Shown here piece after piece: positions 55,093-62,465 of a DNA stretch of 64,000 nt (the first letter of the stretch is position 1; each line of letters starts with the position of its first letter). Below the pieces are notes generated by a model. It had not been told where the DNA came from and ran no database searches. It worked only from the letters and a program-made list of their open reading frames with translations. A program made the translations under genes and the position numbers. Source of the stretch: Deltaproteobacteria bacterium (GTDB taxonomy: Bacteria > Myxococcota_A > Polyangia > HGW-17 > JAJRWW01); contig JAOZUO010000004.1 in the NCBI GenBank assembly GCA_029938605.1, positions 23,048-87,047 on the forward strand, in the 5' to 3' direction.

Positions 55093-56484
55093 ATGTTTCG
55101 TTATTCTACCTACATGTGTCTTTTGGCGGGGCTGGGATTGGCGGCGGGCGGTGTGCTCGTTGGCTGCGGCGACGACAACGCCGGCACCTGTACGCCCTAC
55201 ACAGAGACGTGCAACAACCTGGACGACGACTGCGACGGCTTTGTGGACGAGGATAACAACGGACAGGCGCTGATCCAGGCCTGTACCGACTCGGAGGGCG
55301 GCGCCGGGACCCAGACCTGCGCGGCGGGCGTGTGGGGGACCTGTGTGTCGGGCTGCGTGCCGGTCGCCGAGGAGTGCAACGGCCTGGATGACGACTGCGA
55401 CGGCGAGATCGACGAGGGCGGAAGTCAGGGCCAACTGCGCCGGGACTGCGAGTCCGACTGCGGCTCGGGGTACGAGTACTGCTATGACGGACAGTGGGAG
55501 GCGTGCGACGCGCCCGAGCCCGACACCGAGATCTGCGACGGCCTGGACAACGACTGCGACGGGGACACGGACGAAGACTGCGATTGCGTTCACGGCACCA
55601 CCCGGCCCTGCGGCAGCAACGTCGGAGAGTGTCAGGAGGGGCTGGAGGACTGCGTGAACGGTGTGTGGTCGGGCAACTGCGTGGGCTCCGTGGACGCGGA
55701 GGCGGACGACTCGAACTGCAACGGCTTGGACGACGACTGCGACAACGAGGTGGACGAGGACTGCACCTGCACCCCGGGTGCCCAACAGCCTTGCGGCTCC
55801 GATGAGGGCGAGTGCGTGGCCGGGACCCAGACCTGCATTACCGGTGGGACCTGGGGACCGTGCACCGGAGAGACCGTCCCGGCCTCTGAGAGTCTCACCG
55901 GGTGCGACGGGCTGGACAACGATTGTGACGGCGTAGTGGACGAGGATCTGGCAGGGGACATTTTCGAGTCCAATGAGACCTGCGCCCAGACCCGCGAGGC
56001 TCCGAGTAGCCCCTTCGGCAGCGGCCCGGGCGAGGTTTGGGAGGACGACGGTCTGGGCTCTCTTACGGCTACGATGTATCCGGCCGGTGACGAGGACTGG
56101 TACCACTTCACCGCCATCGAATCCACGCACCTCGGTTGTAGTTACAACACTCCCCAGTGCTTCATGGTGGAGGTAACCCTGACCCTGCCGCCGGGGTTCG
56201 GCCAACATAACGTGCTGGCCACGGTGATGCCCGACTTCGACAACGACTGCTCCAACGGCACGAGCAAAAGCTTCGACTCGGCCAGCAGTGGCTCTTGGAC
56301 TACCACCGGGGGCCTCCAGGAGTGGACCATGGGGGTCCAGTGGAACGGCGCATGTGACTTCATCTTCTCCGATGACCTGGACTTTTTCATCTCCATCGAG
56401 AGCCTCAACAACGCCGAGTCCTGCGAGGACTACACCCTCTCTTACGAGATGATCTACGTCAGCGAAGGTACGGCCTGCCCGTAG
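55093..56484 (+). CDS. Secreted lipoprotein with about six MopE-like 'putative metal-binding' Cys/Asp repeats and a C-terminal beta domain
   Basis: Start MFRYSTYMCLLAGLGLAAGGVLVGC. Repeats CNNLDDDCDGFVDED, CNGLDDDCDGEIDEG, CDGLDNDCDGDTDEDCDC, CNGLDDDCDNEVDEDCTC and CDGLDNDCDGVVDED. Confidence 0.7.
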   Translation: MFRYSTYMCLLAGLGLAAGGVLVGCGDDNAGTCTPYTETCNNLDDDCDGFVDEDNNGQALIQACTDSEGGAGTQTCAAGVWGTCVSGCVPVAEECNGLDDDCDGEIDEGGSQGQLRRDCESDCGSGYEYCYDGQWEACDAPEPDTEICDGLDNDCDGDTDEDCDCVHGTTRPCGSNVGECQEGLEDCVNGVWSGNCVGSVDAEADDSNCNGLDDDCDNEVDEDCTCTPGAQQPCGSDEGECVAGTQTCITGGTWGPCTGETVPASESLTGCDGLDNDCDGVVDEDLAGDIFESNETCAQTREAPSSPFGSGPGEVWEDDGLGSLTATMYPAGDEDWYHFTAIESTHLGCSYNTPQCFMVEVTLTLPPGFGQHNVLATVMPDFDNDCSNGTSKSFDSASSGSWTTTGGLQEWTMGVQWNGACDFIFSDDLDFFISIESLNNAESCEDYTLSYEMIYVSEGTACP

Positions 56485-56575
56485 ACCAGCCTGCACGCAA
56501 ACCAGCGCTTCCCGTAAACAGAACCTCTCCCTTGGCGTCCTTGCACAACTTGTGGCTCGCGGTCATAGTGAGACC

Positions 56576-57601
56576 ATGCTCGGCTCTGCATGGCTTACGG
56601 CGGCGGCGCTGGCCTTTTCGTCTACACCGCCCCCGGCCGCGGCCGCTATGGCGGTGGCGCCCCTGCCACCGGTGTGGATCGCGGCGAGTCGGACCTCGGG
56701 TCTGGTTCACCGTCGCCCTGGGGGTGGCGTCGGCGCTGGTGCCGGCGTCGGAGTCGGAGTCGGCGCTGGGGGGTTGGAGGTACGCACGGGTGCGCGTCAG
56801 TCCGGGCGCAAGTGTTTGCGGGAGTTGGTGCGACTGGGCATACCCTTTACGCGGGCGCCTAAGACCCGGGGCGTCGACACGCCGGTGATCATCACCGGTC
56901 CCATCCGGGGGCTCAAGCTTGCGCCCATGTGGGGCAAGCGGCCCGCGCTGATGGATTGCATCTTCGCCCTGGCTTTTTATCGGATGGCGCCCGTGGTGCT
57001 CCAGTCGGGGGTCAACGAATTCCTCTACTCGAGCGTCTACTCCTACCGGAAGGTGGCGGGCACCAACGTGCTCAGCCGACACTCCTACGGTCTGGCCATC
57101 GACGTGTTCGCGGTGCGAGGGCCGGGCAAGGCCCGAGCGAACGTGAAGAAGGACTGGGTCAAGGCCATGGGGCGGCCGGGCCACTGCATCGGGCCGGTGC
57201 GAAGCCGCAAGGCGCGGCTACTGAGGGGGTTGGTGTGCAACCTGGAAAAGAGCCGGATCCTGTCGCTCATCATGACCCCGGACACGGACTACGCCCATCG
57301 GGACCACTTCCACATGGCCTGCCTCAAGGCTACCGAGCGACGTCACCACCGGGGCCGCTACGCCGGCCGACCCAAGGGCCGCACCTGGATCCCGGGGCGG
57401 GCCGTTCGCCGGTCCCGCCGCCGTCGCGCCCGTCGTCGTCGTCGCCGTCGCGCCCGTCGCCGTTCCGCTCGTCGTCGTTCCGTCCGACGTCGTTCCGCCC
57501 GTCGCCGTTCCGCTCGTCGCCGTTCCGTCAGACGTCGCCCCGCCCGTCGTCGCTCCGCCCGGCGCAGCCCCGCCCAGCGCCCCCGCCCGAGGAGGCGCTG
57601 A
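56576..57601 (+). CDS. Secreted extensin-like / LAS-metallopeptidase-fold protein with a C-terminal arginine-rich (RRRSA)n repeat tail
   Basis: Signal peptide MLGSAWLTAAALAFSSTPPPAAAA. LAS-type motifs are SRHSYGLAIDVF (S-x-H-xx-G-x-A-x-D) and DHFHMA (D-H-x-H). The last ~70 residues are RRRARRRRRRRARRRSARRRSVRRRSARRRSARRRSVRRRPARRRSARR, encoded by 15-bp periodic DNA repeats. Confidence 0.6.
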   Translation: MLGSAWLTAAALAFSSTPPPAAAAMAVAPLPPVWIAASRTSGLVHRRPGGGVGAGAGVGVGVGAGGLEVRTGARQSGRKCLRELVRLGIPFTRAPKTRGVDTPVIITGPIRGLKLAPMWGKRPALMDCIFALAFYRMAPVVLQSGVNEFLYSSVYSYRKVAGTNVLSRHSYGLAIDVFAVRGPGKARANVKKDWVKAMGRPGHCIGPVRSRKARLLRGLVCNLEKSRILSLIMTPDTDYAHRDHFHMACLKATERRHHRGRYAGRPKGRTWIPGRAVRRSRRRRARRRRRRRARRRSARRRSVRRRSARRRSARRRSVRRRPARRRSARRSPAQRPRPRRR

Positions 57602-57615
57602 GCCATGGCCTCCGG

Positions 57616-57784
57616 CGCTAGTGCCCTGTATCAGTGATAGGTTTCATAAGTCGCGAGACAATTTCGTTCGCTGGCAAGACGCGACGAGGACGTATACCGG
57701 GAGTATACAACTGAGGAGCAACGCAGCCAGCGGACGAAAGGGGCCGCGAATTTCGGAAGGAATCACTGATACAGGGCACTAGCG
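57616..57784. repeat. 23-bp perfect inverted repeat flanking a 123-bp structured spacer, in a convergent intergenic region
   Basis: Left arm cgctagtgccctgtatcagtgat (57616..57638) and right arm atcactgatacagggcactagcg (57762..57784) are perfect reverse complements. The spacer contains nested hairpins (tcgcgag...cgcgac; GTATACcgggaGTATAC). It begins 15 nt after the upstream stop codon and ends 35 nt before the convergent TetR gene stop. Confidence 0.6.
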
Positions 57785-57819
57785 GCATCGACTGAACAGT
57801 CTGTTGGTCCGAGGACCAC

Positions 57820-58449
57820 TCACGTATTTTTCGGTGGCTTGTCGCGCGGGAAGAGCCCTTCGCCGAGGATTTGCGTGAGCTGCATCATGAGGTTTACCAC
57901 GTCATCCTCATCGTGGCCGAGTAGGGCCAGGCGTCCATCCACGAGCAGGCGCGACAGGCCGTAGGCCATGACCTGGCCGGCGAGCATGGCGAGCTCCGGG
58001 GGACCCTCGCGGAGTAGGCCGGTCCGGGCCGCTTCGCGGAGGGCCTCGAGGTTTTCGGCGAGCTGGACCCGGGCGGCCGCGAGTACCTCGGGGCCGAGAG
58101 ACTCGTAATAGGTTCGCGAGCTCATGAGACGGAACAGGCTCGGGTGCTCCTTGGCGAAGCGGACCGAGGCAAGGCCATGCGCTCGGAAGGCCTCCAGTGG
58201 CCCGGGTCCGACCCGCGCGAGCTCCTCCTGGGAGATCTGGGCGTGTCGGCCCATGACCTCCATGGCCACCGCCGTCATCAGCTCCGCGCGGTTTTTGAAG
58301 TGCCGGTAGGGCGCGCCGGGCGAGACGCCCACCTGACGGGCTACCTCGCGTAGCGAGACCTGGTTGGGGCCTTTGGTTTCGACGAGCTCCAGGGCGGCTT
58401 CGATGAGCGCCCTACGCAGATCGCCGTGGTGGTACCGAGGTTTGTCCAT
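57820..58449 (-). CDS. TetR/AcrR-family transcriptional repressor
   Basis: N-terminal TetR HTH (RRALIEAALELVETKGPNQVSLREVARQVGVSPGAPYRHFKNRAELMTAV), divergent from the next gene. Confidence 0.85.
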   Translation of the reverse strand: MDKPRYHHGDLRRALIEAALELVETKGPNQVSLREVARQVGVSPGAPYRHFKNRAELMTAVAMEVMGRHAQISQEELARVGPGPLEAFRAHGLASVRFAKEHPSLFRLMSSRTYYESLGPEVLAAARVQLAENLEALREAARTGLLREGPPELAMLAGQVMAYGLSRLLVDGRLALLGHDEDDVVNLMMQLTQILGEGLFPRDKPPKNT

Positions 58450-58574
58450 GGGAAAATGTATACAGTGATTACTTTTCTGTTGACAGAGTTCGATGAGTGT
58501 AACATAGTTGCATGTAAGCAGTGATTACATTTCTTCCAAGGACCAAAAACCAAGGACCAAGGATAGGTAACACC

Positions 58575-59870
58575 ATGGCAATAGTAACGATTTTCGATGG
58601 ATCTCTTGATGACCAGGGCGAGCTTGGTGGATTCACCGATGGGCTGGTTGCGCGTATGAATGACAACGGACACGAGGTCGCGGTGCTCCGGCTGCGCGAT
58701 CTGCACATTTCTCGGTGTACGGGGTGCTGGTCCTGCTGGGTCAAGACTCCCGGCGATTGTGCCCACAAGGACGATGGGGATGAGTTCCGCTCCGCCTGGC
58801 TGCGATCCGATCTGGTGATTCTCGCGTGCAGGCTCGAGGCGGGTTTCATCAGCTCCGTCCTCAAGACCGCGGTGGACAAGTTCATTCCCCTGGCTCATCC
58901 GTATATCAAGCTGGTCAATGGCGAGTGTGCGCACCTTCATCGCTACGGCGACCTAGCCCCCTTGGGTGTGATCCTGGAGCCCGGACCGCGAGATTCTGAG
59001 GAGGACGTTCGCGTCACGGCTGATTGGGCCGAGCGCTTCGCCGATCAGTGCCGGGTGGACTTCGTGGTTTCCGCTACTACGGCTGATCCCCTCGAGTCCA
59101 CAGCCGCCACCATCGAGCAGTATCTCGCCGCGCCGAAGGTTGAGGAGAGGCGGTCGCCGACCAGGCCGGCGCCCGTTCCGATTCCGGAGGTCGACCCCGT
59201 GGCCGGCTCCCACCGCCTGCTCGTGCTCAGCGGATCGGCCCGGGCCGAGAGCAACACGGCGATCCTCATGGAACACTTCTGTGATGGCTTTGGGGGGATC
59301 GAGGGAAATGAGACCTCCTTCATGTTGCTCAAGAGCCCTCGTCAGCGCGCCGAGGCGATCGCGGCGTGGAACGAGGCGGATCTCGTGGTCTTTGCGCTCC
59401 CCCTGTACGTCCACGCCATGGCGGGGCACCTGAAGCGGTTTTTCGAGCTCCTGGAGGACACCGAGCCGCGCCCGGGACGGCGGGTCGCCTTCATGGTCCA
59501 GTCGGGTTTCCCCGAGGCCCATCAGTCCCGTTGGCTTGAGCAGTACCTCGCGCGGCTACCGGCTCGTTGGGGCGCTATCTACCTAGGGACGGCGGTTCGT
59601 GGTGGTGTGGAGGGAATACAGATCCAGCCGCCGTGGATGACCAAGAAGCTCTACGCGCAGCTCGCCGGTCTCGGCTTGGAGCTCGGTCGAAGCGGGCGCC
59701 TCGACCGCGATCTGGTAACGGCTCTGGCCCGGGGAGAGAGCTTGTCGGTGGTCGCGCGGTTCATGTTTACGCTGGCGAGCCGTGTGGGGCTGACCGATTT
59801 CTACTGGAACAAGCGGCTCAAGGAAAACGGCGCCTTCGGAGACCGCTTTGCTCGCCCTCTCGAACCGTAG
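58575..59870 (+). CDS. Tandem flavodoxin-like (NADPH-dependent FMN reductase / iron-sulfur-flavoprotein-like) protein; first domain with CxxCxxC motif
   Basis: Internal start MAIVTIFDGS. Domain 1 is IVTIFDGSLDD...CTGCWSCW...DLVILACRLEAGF (Isf-like Cys motif). Domain 2 is HRLLVLSGSARAESNTAIL...ADLVVFALPLYVHAMAGHLKRF. Confidence 0.7.
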   Translation: MAIVTIFDGSLDDQGELGGFTDGLVARMNDNGHEVAVLRLRDLHISRCTGCWSCWVKTPGDCAHKDDGDEFRSAWLRSDLVILACRLEAGFISSVLKTAVDKFIPLAHPYIKLVNGECAHLHRYGDLAPLGVILEPGPRDSEEDVRVTADWAERFADQCRVDFVVSATTADPLESTAATIEQYLAAPKVEERRSPTRPAPVPIPEVDPVAGSHRLLVLSGSARAESNTAILMEHFCDGFGGIEGNETSFMLLKSPRQRAEAIAAWNEADLVVFALPLYVHAMAGHLKRFFELLEDTEPRPGRRVAFMVQSGFPEAHQSRWLEQYLARLPARWGAIYLGTAVRGGVEGIQIQPPWMTKKLYAQLAGLGLELGRSGRLDRDLVTALARGESLSVVARFMFTLASRVGLTDFYWNKRLKENGAFGDRFARPLEP

Positions 59871-60071
59871 TGTTGGAGTTGAAGCGAACTAATATTTGCC
59901 CTCACGGAGGCGGGCAGCGGGGACTTCGGCGTCGTAGGTGTATTATCCTGATTCGGGGTGAGACAACTTCTGGATCGGTCATCGGGTGGGTGGATGTAGT
60001 TTTGCTTGCTGGGAAGCGGGACACGGCCTAGAGTAACGTCAATAGGATAACGACTTAATCTGGAGAGAGAC

Positions 60072-61868
60072 ATGAAACGGACGCTGTGCATTTTGGGGGC
60101 GCTGTGTATTTTGGGGCTGGTCGGCTGCGATGACGATCCCAACTACGATTGCGAGACACGGGAGGACTGCGCCAATCGCGGCGACTGTGTCAGTGGCGTA
60201 TGTGAATGCGACACGGGGTACTTTGGGATCCATTGTTCCACCTGCGATTGGACGGCGGGCTATGTATCCGACGGAGCGGATGGCTGCGTGCCCGACTCCT
60301 GTGAGGACCTCGATGATGACGGATACGACGGCTACGACGAGACGCTCTGCCTCCTGGGCGACGACGAGTGTGATGACGATCCCAATAACTGGACGATGGG
60401 CGGGTGCTCCGATTGCGTGGACGTGGACGGGGACGGTCACGGTACCGCCTGCGACCTGGGGCCCGACTGCGACGACGCCGACGTCTCCATCTGGGTGGAC
60501 TGCAACGCGTGCATCGACCAGGACGACGACGGTCACGGGGTGAACTGCTCCGACGGCCCGGACTGCAACGACAACGATCCGAACGTACACCGGGGCTGCT
60601 TTCGGTTGTGGTACTGGGGCGACTTCGATACGAACGGCACCTTCGAAGTGGCCAATCAGTTCTACCCGGGGGGCGCCCAGACCAAGCTGCTTCTCACGGG
60701 GCTGGACACCTCGGGGATCCTGGGCGGCGTGGCCGTTTCTCCCGATGGTGGTCATGTGGCGGTGGCGGCCTTTGACGCCAGCGGAATGGCGATGCTGAAC
60801 CTGTACACCACCGACGCCACGGGTACGCCTTTGACGCTGGCGGCGGCCACCACGGTGGGCCATCACATGGGCGACCCGTCCTTCTCGCCTGACGGGAACT
60901 GGGTGGCCTTCACCTGGGACGCCTCCACCACCTCCTCGCAACTGTACGTGGTGCCCGTGGGCGGCGGTACCGCGCAGGTGGTGAGCCCCACCCCCGGTGG
61001 AGCCGACTGTGACGTGACCTACTATCGATGGGCTCCGTCCCAGGGCGCCAACCAGCACATCGCCTTTGTGGGTGATGTGGACACCGACGGCCACTTCGCA
61101 CTGTGGGGGGTGGAGGTCACCGGAGCCTCGCCCATGGCGGCGGAGATCGTCTCCACGGCGGAGGCCACCACCCTGGGCGTGCAGCCCCTGCTGGGCTTCG
61201 ACGATGCCGATCGGGTGTATTTCATCAGCGACTTCGAGGAGATGGGGACCAAGCGGCTCTTCAGGTCCAATCTCGACGGCACGGGCAGAGATCAGGTGGC
61301 GAGCACCGTTCTGACCAATGGCCAGGGAGAGGCCTCCGTGACCACCTTCGGCCTCAACGACGCCGGCACCATGTTGGCGTTCAGTGCTGACTCGCCGGCC
61401 GTGGGGCTCAATCAGGTATACATCATCGATCTCGCCGTGGGCGATTCGGATCGGGTCTCGAACGTTACCTCCACACCGGCCCCCGCCGGGGACCACTTTG
61501 GCCCTGGCGAGAACCTGCCCATCGTCTGGGCCCCCGACGACGACTACCTGGCCGTGATTTCCGACTGGCCCCTGGACGCCAGCGATATGGACGATGCCTA
61601 CGCGCTGTATGTGCTGCCCACCCTGAATAACGGCGGCGAACGGCTCGTGGGTCTGCCCGACAGCGCCAGCCAGGACGTGCAGGAGGTGGTCTTCGCGCCC
61701 AGCGGTCTGCAGGTATTCCTACGTGGCGATCTCGTGGCCGATGAAAACGCTGAGCTCTTCCTCACTGAGAACCTCTGGTCGGTGGGCGTGGACCCCTCGT
61801 CCATCCGTATCGAGGATGTACCCACGGGCGGGGACGTCCTTGGGTTTTTTGTGGTTCTCGCTCCATGA
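60072..61868 (+). CDS. Secreted lipoprotein: EGF-like/MopE-like Cys-Asp-rich N-terminal region + PD40/TolB-like beta-propeller
   Basis: MKRTLCILGALCILGLVGC lipobox. CxDxDxDGxG repeats (CVDVDGDGHGTACDLGPDCDDAD, CIDQDDDGHGVNCSDGPDCNDND). PD40-type blades (VAVSPDGGHVAVAAFD, PSFSPDGNWVAFTWD, ...). Confidence 0.7.
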   Translation: MKRTLCILGALCILGLVGCDDDPNYDCETREDCANRGDCVSGVCECDTGYFGIHCSTCDWTAGYVSDGADGCVPDSCEDLDDDGYDGYDETLCLLGDDECDDDPNNWTMGGCSDCVDVDGDGHGTACDLGPDCDDADVSIWVDCNACIDQDDDGHGVNCSDGPDCNDNDPNVHRGCFRLWYWGDFDTNGTFEVANQFYPGGAQTKLLLTGLDTSGILGGVAVSPDGGHVAVAAFDASGMAMLNLYTTDATGTPLTLAAATTVGHHMGDPSFSPDGNWVAFTWDASTTSSQLYVVPVGGGTAQVVSPTPGGADCDVTYYRWAPSQGANQHIAFVGDVDTDGHFALWGVEVTGASPMAAEIVSTAEATTLGVQPLLGFDDADRVYFISDFEEMGTKRLFRSNLDGTGRDQVASTVLTNGQGEASVTTFGLNDAGTMLAFSADSPAVGLNQVYIIDLAVGDSDRVSNVTSTPAPAGDHFGPGENLPIVWAPDDDYLAVISDWPLDASDMDDAYALYVLPTLNNGGERLVGLPDSASQDVQEVVFAPSGLQVFLRGDLVADENAELFLTENLWSVGVDPSSIRIEDVPTGGDVLGFFVVLAP

Positions 61869-62338
61869 TCGATACGCAGAACCTTCGGGAGCTGGGGCGG
61901 TCCCTGGTGAGCTCGCGTCGCTTCGCTGATGCCATCTCGGTGTTCGAGAAGATTCGGGGGAGAGAGTCCGATGACGTCCACGCCTTGGACGTTCTGGGGT
62001 TCTTGTACTACTCCATGGACCAGTTCGAAAAGGCCCGGCAGAGCTGTGAGGCGTCCCTCGAGCTGCGGCCCGAGAATCACTACGCCCTCAAGGGGCTCGG
62101 TCTTTGCCTGGTGAAGCTGGGCCGGATTGACGACGGCATCGCCGCCCTGGAGCGGTCCATCGAGTTCAAGCCCGACTACTTCGATTCCCGCCACGATCTC
62201 GGCGTGACGTACATGGACCTTCAGCGTTGGGACGAGGCCCGGGCCTGCTTCGCCTGCGCCTTGGAGATCGATCCGGCGCGGGCCCCCGCGGTTCAGCGGG
62301 CCCTGCAGCGCATCGACGAGCTCAGCGCTTCAACCTGA
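61865..62338 (+). CDS. TPR-repeat protein (three or four TPR units), translationally coupled to the upstream lipoprotein gene
   Basis: ATGA overlap with the previous stop. TPR consensus residues are seen in ALDVLGFLYYSMDQFEKARQSCEASLELRPENHYALKGLGLCLVKLGRIDDGIAALERSIEFKPDYFDSRHDLGVTYMDLQRWDEARACFACALEIDP. Confidence 0.7.
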   Translation: MIDTQNLRELGRSLVSSRRFADAISVFEKIRGRESDDVHALDVLGFLYYSMDQFEKARQSCEASLELRPENHYALKGLGLCLVKLGRIDDGIAALERSIEFKPDYFDSRHDLGVTYMDLQRWDEARACFACALEIDPARAPAVQRALQRIDELSAST

Positions 62339-62465
62339 TCCCCCCCCCGAATTCGGGCCCCGCCCGTCTCAGGCATGTACCACAACCGAATATGTCTGGC
62401 GAATTGCTGGTAGACCACGTTATATTGCCGGCTAACTAGGGCAAATAGCACAAGGGAGAAATACC

